Assembly (NCBI GenBank): GCA_965645245.1
Contig: OZ287071.1
Location: 1,426,001-1,490,000 of the forward strand
Length of the DNA: 64,000 bases
From: Massalongia carnosa
Taxonomy: Eukaryota
Direction: 5' to 3'
In this document: piece after piece, positions 1 through 12,733 of the stretch
Position numbering within the stretch: position 1 is the first letter of the stretch
Layout: each line of letters starts with the position of its first letter
Made by a program: the position numbers and the translations under genes
The notes under the pieces: generated by a model
The model's database searches: none
Seen by the model: only the letters and a program-made list of their open reading frames with translations
Told to the model about the DNA's origin: nothing

Positions 1-199
1 AAAGACATATCAGCCCTACCGTGCCAGCAACAGCAAAGAATACTAAAAGTTTTAGGAATAAACGGCAGTCGGCAGGCATGAGGAATGACCTACTCGAAAG
101 GCTTGAGAGCACCTTCTCGGTAACGCCGCTGTTTCTTGCCAAACGACCCTTATGCCGTAACCATCTCTCGGCAGCAAAAGATAGATCGAGGAATACAGT

Positions 200-523
200 T
201 GTCACGACGCAGCCGGCGACGAAAAGAGGTTTTAGCCCCTGAGCACCAACGTCTAGGCCTGATTAGCCATAGCCATAGTATCGATGTAAAAGACGTAGAA
301 CCGGAAATGTAGCTAGGCGTAGTGTCAGCTACGGGTGCATCGATGTAGCGGATTGTAGCTCATTTGCTCGTACGCGATCCGCTGACCGTTCTCCATGGAC
401 ACATAGTGTGGCCTTTCGAACTGTTAGCATTAACTATCCTATTAACGATTTGACCGAGTTATCGAATCTTACGAGCCTTGAACTTCCCATGCAATAAACA
501 TAGCCAACAGCATACCTGTGACA
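200..523 (+). mobile_element. Candidate LTR of an LTR retrotransposon (solo or 3' LTR)
   Basis: 324 bp segment bounded by TGTCAC (200-205) and GTGACA (518-523), i.e. TG...CA ends with a 6-bp terminal inverted repeat. AATAAA at 493-498 and purine-rich sequence just upstream. No matching TSD (ACAGT vs TTTAG) and no second copy in the window. Confidence 0.45.
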
Positions 524-1338
524 TTTAGCTTATCTTTTTATTTCATTTTAAGAACCACAGGGTGTCTGGGGACTGACCCAGCCATACGCATGCGCTTATG
601 AGCGGCAAGATCCAAACAAACAGGTACGTGACAGCAGCCATCTCTGAAAGATTCAACGACTATACAACGGTCGTTCGATGTAGCAGAGAACTTTTCATCC
701 AACTTGGTGCTAGAAGCTGAGGAAACAAAGGTCGGCAAGCTTGGTGCTATAGTCTTTGACTGGTAAAGTATCGGGCATGGTGTCAAGCGGCTTAACGGAT
801 ATTCTTGTTTTCAAACGCGAGTATCTTCTACGTCACGATGCTGGACACTCACTTTGAAACTTGATCGCATCTACGAGAGAGCTTATGATACGATCCTTTT
901 TTCTTTTCATTCTCTTCTTTCGCTTTTTCTCCAGCTAAGTTAAGAAAATAAGTTACAAATCGGATCAATGGTATGCATGGGGCCTAAAACCCAAGTTAGT
1001 CACGGTGTCATTGCTCAAAGTAACCAGCTCCTCTCCACCACTACTCGCAAAGCTATCGACCTACCGCTTCGGGGCTCTCGTGGGCAACATACAGCTATGG
1101 GAAACTAATTTATCCAATCAAGTGGCAGTATCCTTGCTAAAACTGTTATTTTGCTTACTACTCGGGCCGCTGTGGAAAGATGACCAACTAACGGCACAGC
1201 ATGCTGGGGGCTTTAAACATTTCATACATGTTCACTCATCCAGAAGCGCAGAATATTTTTTCAAATCACTGCTTGCTGTAGCTGATTTTCAATAAATCTT
1301 TTGCTACAGCTTCTTCATCGGCACTTCATGAAATCAAC

Positions 1339-2897
1339 ATGGTGGCTGAGATGCCTCCCAGCCGTGAGGCCAATTCACATTATTATGCGAACCACACCCC
1401 CAGGATAATCGGTGCCAACGTTGCTCTGCTGGTCCTCTCGACTACCTTTGTGGTCTTGCGGCTTATATCAAGAAGGCTCTCCAAAGCAGGGTTTTGGGTG
1501 AGTACTCGTCCCACGCACCAAAGCGAGTTTACTACTAACTATAAGTTGACAAGTGGGATGATGGATTGATAGTGTTAGCAATGGGAAGCGCAGCCATTAA
1601 GCACCTTTAACTGGACGCGAATCTAACGGCGGACAGATCTTGTCTTATGGCCTTCCTATCTGCAACTTGATAGGTAGTCCGAGAGTTCGAAAACATATCT
1701 TGTCCCTTCTAATCATGCCTCAGCTTTACAACACGGGCATGGGAGACATGTATATATTCTGAAACCCGGCGTCATCTCGGCTTGGTTCGAAATCTTATAC
1801 ATATTCGAGATTTTCTACATCAGCTCTGTTTCTGTTGTCAAGTTCTCCATGTAAGAAAGTTCATAAACTAGCCTGGGTAACAGCATGTATTGAGTACTTG
1901 GAACAGCCTCGTATTCTACAGACGTATCTTTCCGATCCCACAACTTAGGCTTCCTCTATTACTCACAGGGATGATTGTCGTGGCTTTTATGTTGTCGATC
2001 GGTTTTGTGTCTATATTTCAGTGGCAAGTATGCTCTATATCTGATAGACTAGCATTTACTAACCTATTAGCTATCCCATACGCTCTTTCTGGACTTTATC
2101 CATCCGACAGCGCTGTATCAATATCGATAGGATGTTCTTGGCAAGTGGGGCGGTCAACGTGGTCCTAGATTTTGTCATTTTGGTTTTGGTGAGCAAATCT
2201 TCCATTGAAGAGAACAGAACATAGTTGATCATAAAATATCGTAGCCTATCCCAATTTTGTGGCGGCTTCGGACGAATAAACCTCAAAAGGTCTTGTTAAC
2301 TGGTATTTTTTCGGTGGCGGTCTTGTAAGGACAAACTTACAGTGATATACATCCGCTGGCTAAGTCATGCAGTGTGTGTCTTGTTAGTATTATTCGGATT
2401 GTCGTGCTTTCGAGACTCACTATTGTTGATATTACCTGTAAGCAGATGAGGACCCCTGGATTTCTAGACCTTCTTACAAGATATCAGGGAACTTTGTTAA
2501 TGCAGCAATTTGGACCGCGACGGAGCCTAGTATGGGCGTTGTCAGCGCGTGTATCCCAAGCCTGCGGCCACTTGTGACGTTAATCATAAGAGGCACACAT
2601 CGTGGACAAAGTTTGGATAGTATGCAAACAGGGAGCACCATTGCGCCTTCTCAACCCATCTGGCGAACCAATAAAGCCAACGAAATAGACCGAAATTTCA
2701 TTCGGCTTGAAGAGTCGCTGACTGAACCTGTCAAAACCATTGGACACAATGTATCGATATATGGAGGTTGCTCCGGAGGGAAAAACTCTGGCAACGAGAC
2801 GGAAGAGACAGACGTACCCTTAGAGGGGATTCAGGTGAAAACCGAGATTACGTTGATAAGTAGCGATCGGCTGGAATACGACGATCGGCTGTACTAA
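1339..2897 (+). CDS. Pth11-like (fungal rhodopsin-domain) integral membrane protein, multi-exon, no CFEM domain
   Basis: Spliced translation gives family motifs VVLRLISRR..GFWWDDGLIVLA, IFQCYPIRSFW...CINI, NVVLDFVILVLPIPILWRL, VSIIRI, AIWTATEPSMGVVSACIPSLRPL. About 8 short introns. Confidence 0.85.
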
Positions 2898-3627
2898 GAG
2901 AATGAAAGTTTTTTCTTCCTTGACTGAGTGCCTAAATTCGTTTGCAGCCGAGCATTAAATGTTGACAGACTGTACTTGTTCCGCCAGGAGGTCTGTCCGC
3001 CTTTCTATGCAAGGGCTTGGCAGGAGGGAGAAAGGCTCTCAAACAAGATCAAATCATGGCATCAAGGCATCAAGGCATAATATCATCAAATTTGATAGTC
3101 ATGGCATTTTCAAGTAGCCCATATGATGTTTTTGACTTGAGACAGACGAGGGATGTGGAGGAGAACGAAGCACTTCTTACGGAGTATTCGGTACTCTTCA
3201 ATAGGAAGCGGATAGATTTCCCGATATAGGCACGTGATGGAGACACGTGATCCTCCCCGTCCGTACCTCTACATGTACATCCAGGCTTTTGATTCGAACT
3301 TCACTTCCTCGCCAACCCAACTTTAACCTAAGCATAACCATGATCATACGCTGTACTCTCCTATTCATTCGTGATTATTGTGTGGATCACTTTGTAATCA
3401 ACCTTCTAACATAAATATTAACGCTAATTTCCATTGGCAGTTCATGTGAAATACTCGCGCCCTGAAATTCCTTCATTCTTCGTTACTTTCGTGTATGCCA
3501 TGAAATTACTATTGAACTTCTGTCTGGAAATCTTTCTCTATCTAAATTCTGTTTTCCATTGTGCTGCCGTTTTGAACCATAAGATCCATCTCTCAAATCG
3601 ACCCCTTGTTCCTTTCACCATCTTTAC

Positions 3628-6600
3628 ATGAAATCCACCGAACAACAGGCAGAATGTATCGTGCCGATGTCAAGCTCTGTATAAACGGTTTGTCTGATTC
3701 AGTTCCATGTATTTAAACGTGGTCCTGGGACTGAGCGAGACCAAATAGATTCTTCACCGGATACATTACACGCTTTCTGTAATGAAACTCTGGAGTCAGA
3801 TCCTCCACCAAGGAAGCGCCAGAAGCTTAGCGCAAATGGTTCTGAAAGCAGCGTAACTTCGAAGCGTGATACAGAGGGCTGCCTGACGGTTGCTAGGGTG
3901 GATTTGAGTGTGGTACGCAGAGCGTTACACATTTTAGACGCTACGTAGGCTGACAATCCACCCAAGACCTTTGCCGGTGGCAGTCCGGGATTTGCGCCGG
4001 ATCAATCTCTGTTTCTGCAGATCTCAAAAAAGAGACCTGTCCTTTTCAAGGCGTTCAAGAGAGACAGCAATGATCGATGTCACTGCCACATTACCACGCT
4101 GGATGGCGTAACTTTGTTGAGTGCAGACGGTCATTCAACCATATCCCCTCAGGCTTCTGAGGTGCTGGTCAGAGCTGCTGGACTTTCGGTTTCTCGAAAA
4201 ACTTCCAACGCTACAGTGGTAGCTTGGATAGCTTCAGCTACTGGCCCAGGTTTCAAAGCATATAGCCACATTTTCCAGTTATGCGTGGAAATTCTGCTAC
4301 CTGATGCGAAAGACTTGTCTGAGGGCTCGTCAACAAGTCGGATCTTACTGGATCTCTGTACTCCCCAACCTACTGCCCAGCCCCATGAGTGCTGGTCGTC
4401 TCGAGATTTCTATGACAATGTTTTTGTACCGGACCGATGCGATAGCCCAGAGGACTTCCGAATAGAACGATTGAAGTGCCAGTTGTACCCGTTTCAATAC
4501 AGAGCCGTCCGGTGGCTGCTTGAGAGAGAAGGAGTCACTTACGATGGAGCAAATCTACAAGCGGTTCAGAATGAACGCAAGGAAAACTCGTTATCTCATG
4601 GATTCGTCCCAGCAATTGATGCAAATGGTCGAGACTGTTTCATTAGCCGCTTTCTTGGTTTAATGACTACCGAAATACAATTAGCGGAGCGATCATATGC
4701 TAATTTCAGTGGGGGTATCTTAGCAGAAGAGATGGGCCTTGGAAAAACCGTCGAAATTATCGCCTTGATATGCCTTCATCAGCAATACCGAGCTGTGCGG
4801 CAGCCCGAAAGGCTTATGGATGGGCTCCAAACCACTCCAGCAAGCCTGATAATAACCCCGCCATCAATCCTAGATCAATGGCTCAACGAGCTCAAGACAA
4901 TTTCACCGGATTTGAAGATCATGGTATATCATGGGATGCGGCGTAAAGCCGCGAAGTTAAGCCATCAGCAATTAATCGAACAGTTCCGTTGCCATGATGT
5001 TGTCTTGACGACTTATAATGTGCTAGCTGCAGAGATACATTATGCTCCAGCGCCGATACGCAATTTTAGACACCAGAGAACATATGAACGGCGATTATCA
5101 CCCATAACCGAGATTACTTGGTGGCGGGTTGTGCTTGATGAGGCTCAGATGATAGAACATGGAGTCAACAACGCTGCTAGGGTCGCACAGCTTATTCCAA
5201 GGCAGAACGCATGGGCAGTATCAGGCACCCCTGTCAGGAAAGATGCGAAAGATCTGTTCGGTCTTCTCGCGTTTTTGCGTTGTCAACCCTTGGGTCAAGC
5301 TCCCCAGCTTTATGACCGCCTAGTACTGCATCATAGAGATATTTTCAAACAGATCTTTAAGACGCTCTCATTGCGGCATACCAAAGAGCAGGTGAAGGAC
5401 GACATTAAGCTACCCTCTCAGCAGCGTGTCGTCATCACCATACCGTTCACTCAGATTGAAGAGCAGCATTACTCAACGCTTTATGGACAAATGTGTGATG
5501 AGTGTGGCGTAGATCTTGACGGGTGCCCTATAGCCGAAGGATGGGACCCGAAATCTTCGGTAATCATCGAGAAATTGCGAAGTTGGTTGACCCGACTTCG
5601 ACAAACTTGCCTTCATCCTGGAGTAGGGAGTCGTAATCGACGAGCTTTGGGCACTAATAAGGGCCCTTTAAGAACAGTCGATGAAGTTCTTGAGGTGATG
5701 ATGGAGCAAAATGTTGCTACTACGCGGGCGGAAGAAAGGGCCCTTCTCCTATCTCAAATACGCCGAGGTCACTTGCTTGAGCACGCCAACCGTAGTGCAG
5801 ACGCTCTGGATATTTGGTTGCACACATTGCAAGCTTCGAAGTTGGTTGTTGAAGATTGCAGAAATCATCTGCTGTTAGAGCTCAATGAGGTTGTGCTTGC
5901 AGACGGCTTAGAGGAACAGTCGAAGGCCGGATTAATAGCCACTTCTCGCACTGGGGTCCAACGTCAAAGACTACGTTCAGCTCTGGAGATGGAGCATATG
6001 TGTACTTTTTTTGTGGCCAATGCCTACTTCCAAATCAAAACCGACCAGAAGGCGACCCAACCCGATTCAGCGGACTTTCGGCGTCTTCAGAAAATGGAGG
6101 ATGAAACGTACGAGAAGGCAAAATCTCTTCGAAAGGAGTTGTTGACCGAGACCCATGACAGAGCCGAAGTATGCATGAATATTGTTCAAGGAAAAATACG
6201 AGATCAATCATTCGTTAGAAGCCTAAATATAGCACCCCTCGATGGACAGGGAGGTATCGAGTCACGTAACGCTATGGCAAGATCCAATGACCTTCTTTGT
6301 GTCCTTCAGGATGGGGCACGCCAGTTAGAGGAATGGAGAGAGAAACTGATCGGTCTCCTGCTACTTCCCTTGGTAGATGAGGAGAAAGCCGAGTTAGAGG
6401 GAGACGAATATGAGGCTTCGACAAAGCAGCAGGATGAGATCTATGTGTACATGGACGCTGTGCGTTCGCTTGTGGCTGACCGCCATGAGGTGTTGACCGG
6501 CCAAATCAACACGCGTGTAGATCAGGAGATGAAATTCGCTCTTGAGAAGGCCAAGGATGGAGAGGGACATGCGCCGATACTCCTTCGAAAGCTCTTATCT

Positions 6601-8115
6601 ACTCGAGAGCGACTGAAGCCACCAAAGGAGTTGGGCTCATTACGGGGCTTAATAACTTATCTCCGTGATCTAAAGACTTCATTTCGAAGCCAAGTTGAAA
6701 ATGGAAATACACGTGCTGCGGCAGAACTTATCATAGTTAACTCATTATTGCACGAGCTCCATAGCATATCAATCGAACAAGCTAAACTAGGGACCGGCCT
6801 AGATCGAGAACTCGATTTATTCAAAGACACGAGCAACGCACGACTGGAATATTATCGTCAATTGCAACAAATCTCTGACAGCGTCGCTGCTTACGAGTCA
6901 GAGATGGACGAACAAACTTTGATCACAACTTTGGCAAGTATGCTGGTGGATGAAACAAAGTTACGTGATAAGATAGCTACCCTCAATGCCAGACACCGCT
7001 ACCTTATTCATTTGCGCGACGACGCCTCCTTGGAAAGCCCTCAACGGCTTTGCATTATTTGTCAGCAGTCATTTGAGACAGGAGTACTGACCTCATGTGG
7101 TCATTCATTTTGTGTAGAGTGTTTACGTCTTTGGTGGAGTGCTCATCGAAATTGCCCAACATGTAAGAAACATCTTTCTCGGAACGACTTCCATCAGATA
7201 ACGTACGTTTGCTTCTTTCCCTCATTAAAGTATGCTTCTCATCGAGTCTAAATAGCTACAAGCCAAAGGAGTTCATCCTAGAAGAGGAACAGCCGCAGAA
7301 CCAAATAAACAACTTAACAACCCCGATTTCACCTACCATATACTCAGGCATACGAGATGCTACTCTAGCTCAGATCAAAAACATTGACGTTGCTGGGTCA
7401 TTTGGTACCAAGATTGACACACTCGCACGACATATATTATGGATTCGTGCCAACGATCCCGGCGCAAAGTCAATCATATTTTCTCAGTTCCGAGATTTTT
7501 TAGATATTCTAGGCAAGGCCTTTGCTCAATTCAAAATTGGATTTACGGGAATTGACTGCAAGGATGGGGTACGGAAGTTCAAAGAAGATCCCGGTGTAAG
7601 TGGATTCGACGCTTTCTGCTTGTAGACACGCGAGAGATGCTGACAGAGTATAGTTGGAATGCTTTTTCCTGCATGCGAAGGCTCATTCTTCGGGTCTCAA
7701 TCTCGTCAATGCCACCCATGTCTTCTTGTGCGAGCCTTTGATCAATACGGCCATCGAACTGCAAGCCATCGCACGGGTCCATCGGATTGGACAACATCAA
7801 TCCACAACGGTGTGGATGTACCTGGTGGAGAACACGGTGGAACGGTCAATCTATGAGATATCTGTCAACCGAAGAATGTCGCACATCCGCAAGCCTCAAG
7901 TGGGAAGACTGGACGAGGTTGAGGAGGGAATAGACTTGATGGAAAACGAGATCCAAGCCGCGAACACTCTAGAGTTGCAGGCGCCCCTAGCAAAGCTAAT
8001 TACTAAAGGATCCGCCGGCGGGGAAATGGTCGATAACGACGATTTGTGGAACTGTCTGTTTCGTCAGAAACCAGCCAAGAATGTTCCAATATCCTTTGAA
8101 AATCAACAAGTTTGA
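3628..8115 (+). CDS. IRC20: SNF2-family ATPase / RING E3 ubiquitin ligase (Irc20/SHPRH type)
   Basis: LYPFQ, GGILAEEMGLGKT, VLTTYNVL, WWRVVLDEAQM, WAVSGTP, a RING (CIIC..CGHSFCVEC..CPTC), then KSIIFSQF and GLNLVNATHVFLCEPLINTAIELQAIARVHRIGQ. Introns near 3913-3966, 7204-7255 and 7595-7653. The start and extreme C-terminus are uncertain. Confidence 0.88.
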
Positions 8116-8761
8116 TCTGAAGTTTGGATGTTCGCAGAGTTTCAAGGATTTCCTTGGATTCGAACACGGAATTATTTTTGGCAAACAGCTGTATATAACA
8201 GGAACAGTCATAGACACCATCTTCTTCTTCTTCTTCTCCTTCTGATTTTAATCGCCGCCTCTTTCGACAAAAAGGCACCAGGAGGAGGGGTACTTATTCC
8301 AGAGATATAGAAAAGACTCTCCCTCTTTCTAACAAAGAAAGAAGATTCACCTTCCTCTACCCTCCCGGGATCAATCCTCCCACGCCCGAAATAGAGGGTG
8401 GATAGGGTTAGCTAGGTGAGCGACGACATAGGAATAGGAGGAAGCGAGAACTTTAGAAAAAAATAGAAAAACGGGAGGGGGGGAAACAGGAGGAAATTAG
8501 TCAGGTAGCCGAATGGGACGAAGCCGCAAAGTTGAGCGGAACGGGGAGATGGACAATTGGCTCAAAGCGGGATAGTTTGTTATGTACGGAGAAGTGGTAA
8601 CACATCGGAAGGAGGTATGCATGTATGTTTGTATGGCCCGCCTGTCAGGGACGTTATACATAATATATTCCGTCATCATCGCGATAATCGCTCCAAAAGG
8701 TTTACTGCATTGGAGGCGGAATAAGCAGAATGTCTATATGGATAAAAGAAAGGAGTATTCG

Positions 8762-8827
8762 CTTTTTTTTCTTTTTTCTTTTTTCTCTCTTCTTTTTTTC
8801 TTCTTTTCTTTCTTTTTTTTAAAAAAA
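8762..8827. repeat. Low-complexity T/CT tract followed by an A run
   Basis: About 60 nt of almost pure pyrimidine between the convergent IRC20-like and ARO80-like genes. Confidence 0.9.
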
Positions 8828-8965
8828 TTGTTACGCAAAGCGCAGAGGATATCACCAAGAACAAGCTATCATAACTTTCTCCGTTACCAAGAGTGATTTA
8901 AATGTACAAAATGACACTCTAGTCAAAGTTATCAGCCATTATCCAAACCCCACCCCTCCTCCCCC

Positions 8966-11900
8966 CTAGAACTGATCGCTGACGAGCTTCCCTAGCACCT
9001 CGAGGTTATCGCGAATCTCGGGCCCAAAGTTGCCGAACCAGTCGTTGGGATCCGCCGCGAGGCTGCCGGCGGTGTCGGGGAGCAAGGGCTGGAGGTTCAG
9101 CGTCAGCCAGTCGTCGTTGAGGAAGTCGATGCCACTAGTGGCGGATACGGGCGTGTCGCTATACTGCGTGGAGGGGACCATGTAGGCACTGTTGTCGCGA
9201 GGAGGCATGATGGTGATGGCGTTGTCGCGAGGGTCAACCCGGTCGGTGGAGATGCCGGCGAGAGGATCTTGCATGCTGCTGTTTCGGCTGTGGTAAAAGG
9301 ATGTGCTGCCAGAGGGTCCTGGGGCGTTTCCAATGTTTTGCCTGGACAGGGTTCGAGTATTGGGAGCGGTCAGTCGGACGAATTTGTGGCGGATACTCGA
9401 AGTTAGCCCTTCCAGGAGATCAGCAATCCGAAGGCAGAGATGAACATCATCAACAACGCTCGTGCGGAGGGCTTTGATGGTGCCGTCTAGCAAATGTAGC
9501 GAGGTTGCCACCTCGTCCACTTTTGCTCCAAGTGCAAACGTCTAAAACGGTTAAAGATACGCAAAGCAGGGTGAAGTAGAATGGACCAACTTTGAGAAGA
9601 AACATAGCTCCAGATAGAATCCTCATATGTGTTCGTACGGGAGCGTGCTTGAGACGGTCGTCTGGAAAAAGCCCTTTTACCACGCACCGCAAAAGATTCC
9701 TGGACGCGTCCACTACTTCTTTGATATAATACTCGTTCTTCTGGTACGAGCCAGCCAACGAGGTGACGGAGTCTTGTGAGTAATCTGCACTAGCATTGGC
9801 TGTCCATTGTTCCAGAACGGCTTGAAGAGCAAGCGAATTAATGTAGACTCCTGGATAGGTAAGCAGGGCCGTAGATGGATAGAGACACTTACTAGCATAT
9901 TCATACTCTATCAAAAGGATGATTTTGGAATACTTTGGAACTGAGACATGTTAGCAATGGCATACTCACCCCAGAAGAATCTGACCGTCAGAGGCCTGGA
10001 TTTTATGATACCAAGCAGCAAGTATAGGTTGGAGTTGTTGAAGAAAGCCAATATACTCTCCGCTTTGAATTAGCCTCGTTGTCTTCTCTTTGGAGCTGAA
10101 TAATGTAGCATTGCAAGCTTTCATTATCGACGTAATCTCAGCCCAACTTTGCTGGATCGTCTCCACCGAATCGCGAGAAACTGCTTGGTTGCCTTGATGA
10201 TATAAGCTTGTGCAAATCTCTCATACTCACGACATACCTGTAAAGGTTCGTTTAATATTGGCCAGATCCGTGTCTCCTAGATATCCGGGGAACGCACTCG
10301 GAAATCCAAGCCTACCGCTAGTTTGATTAACGTAAATGTAAAGAAGACGTTCAATACGATCAGCTCGTTGACAATAATCCGAAGATCCAGACCTGTGCTT
10401 TACTCCACCCTCAAGGTCTCGTGTGCCATCGGTATAGTTTCCAAAGACACCAAGCTCATACGCCAAAGAGTATGCCGTCCCAATGAGACTCCAGCACATT
10501 CGGTCCGATCGAAGAGCCGGTTCGGTCCAGCCTGCAAATGTTGAATCTCCAATGGCAAGTTCACCTTGTTCCTCGATTCCATCTCCATCCGTTATAGCAA
10601 ATATTCCCTCTGCATCATCGCTAGGCGGAAAATGCATGGAACGTGGATGGAATTCGCTGAGGAGGAGTAGGCTGATGTACGTTAGGTTGATTTGAGTAAA
10701 ATAACATGAAAGAATAGTAGATATAGGTCTGAAATGAATGAGTTTTCATCGACGATTCATTCCGAAGCTGAATAGTCACAAAGTGAGAAAATGAATTAGT
10801 CAAGAGAAGTACCGATACCTTTCTATCGTTCCTAGGCTTCGCAACCCCCCCTTTTCCATCGATTTCTGAACAGACCTCTTAGATCCAGCTCCACAAAACC
10901 CTCCTCCAAATTGTTCCTGACCCCAGAACATACGTGTAATCATGTTTTGCAGATATTTCCACAGCCTGTCATGTATCATAAAGGATCGAGTCTGTCCTCC
11001 AAGTCCTTCAAGCTTCTTATAGCGGGAGGCAATGGTGAGCACAGTGACTGTCAGGATTGACTCTTCATCGATGTTTAAATGCGCAGACAAACGAAAATCC
11101 GGGGGGTTGATGGGAGTAAGGGGCGATAAGAACTCGTAAAAGCTGAAACTGTTAGGATAAGAGGAGATCAACGAAGTTTACGTACTAGTGAATATACGAT
11201 AATGCTTCTCTTGCTGTGAGCCAACCAGCACGAACGAATCGTAGTCGAGACCAGATAATGAGTTCCTCTGATAGATTTTCGATTCTGGTCAACCTATTGC
11301 TGATGATTGCAGGATCCAAGCTTGGGTTGTGAACGTGATCCAAAGGTGACTCAATCGATTTAGGTCTGGGTCTTGTAAAATCATGGACCGCCTTACGCTC
11401 TTGAGAATATTCATGCACATTTTGGCCTTGCTGATCCTGAAGCTGGAAGTCCTCACTACGGCCAGATGCCTCGAGCAGTAAATGTAAAGCATCTCCTGGG
11501 GTATTGATGGGAGTTTGAAACAAAGCAGCCGCGGTCTCGTTGGTCACTTCTTGATCTTGCTCGGGTTCATCGTTGCCCGCTGGATCTGTATAGTAAGGAT
11601 CTGCATCCCGAGGTTCATGAGTTTGTCGATTATACCTGTCTAGCGAAGGAGTAGTGGATAACGAATTGGCTGGTATCGTAGTGTTAAGGGAATGTTGCGC
11701 GATGGGTGATGTTCGACTCGACTTCCTGCGATTGCGAGCCACATAACCATCCACCTCATTATCCCCTCCCGAGAAGTCTTCCTCACTCTCAAGTTTTCGT
11801 TTCCTCCTCGTTGCAGAAAAATAACACTCTTTGCTTTCTCGCCTACATCTTACGCAGGGAGGAGGATGGGGGTTGTCCACAGGGCCTAGGTCGCAGCGTA

Positions 11901-12081
11901 CCTTTCTTCGCCGACATGGTATCTTTGTACGATTCAGTACGCTTCCCATGGCATGAATACGGAAACTTACGCATGCTTGATACGTGCGCTTATGACTCGA
12001 CGTGGATTGAGCAGAAGTTTCCGAGCTTACAAATATCGTTGAAGTGGCCAAAGGCGCGGGTTGAGTCGATGGTGGTGCCAT
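8966..12081 (-). CDS. ARO80: Zn(II)2Cys6 transcription factor, Aro80-like
   Basis: [40 protein letters not shown] cluster. Middle region has [47 protein letters not shown] and [10 protein letters not shown]. Multi-exon, ATG at 12081. Confidence 0.85.
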
Positions 12082-12472
12082 GAAAGTTGCGTTTACACCT
12101 ATCATCGAAGGTTGGGAGCGGTTAGGCGCGGGGCCTAGAAAGCCTCACCTCATCCCAGCTAAAGTACCTCCTCTGTACTTGGCCACATCTGCACAACATA
12201 CAAGCCTTGTCGCTGTTTACCTTAAACGATCATATTGCTGCAGGATCGAACCATCCTGTAACTTACTCTGTACTATGTATTATGCGCAAAGACCAGATTG
12301 TCAGCTGCATAGAAAGACCGAACTTACCCACGAATCAGCTTGATCATATGATAGATATACTTCAGATAATCATTCATAGGATCCCTCCTGCCCCCCCGAA
12401 GCAGAGCTCAAAGATGCAACGCGAGAAGTCTTGTCCTGTAAGAGTACACGACCACTTAGTCAAGTAGCGTTT

Positions 12473-12559
12473 GAGCTCGAAAAGTCTCCTACACCCATTG
12501 TGCATTCCAGCAACGAGCTCGAAAAGTCTCCTACACCCATTGTGCATTCCAGCAACGAG
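12473..12559. repeat. Perfect 42-bp tandem duplication
   Basis: GAGCTCGAAAAGTCTCCTACACCCATTGTGCATTCCAGCAAC at 12473-12514 and 12515-12556, followed by GAG. Confidence 0.95.
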
Positions 12560-12733
12560 AAACGCCGGTATTCATAGTAATAATGATATGGGGAACATAA
12601 CGTACACATCCCATGCACCCGTACCTAGCAAACGACAACCCTGATAAGTGCCACCCCTGTTAACAAAGTAAACGCCAGCCATCGCGGATAAAAGACTATG
12701 TGCAAAAAAGACGAGCGTGCATCGATTAGCCAC

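Noticed and set aside
8402..8411. TAGGGTTAG (CTAACCCTA on the minus strand) as a telomerase template
   Set aside because: It lies in an ~850-bp gap between convergent genes, too short for a ~2 kb RNA, with no supporting structure.
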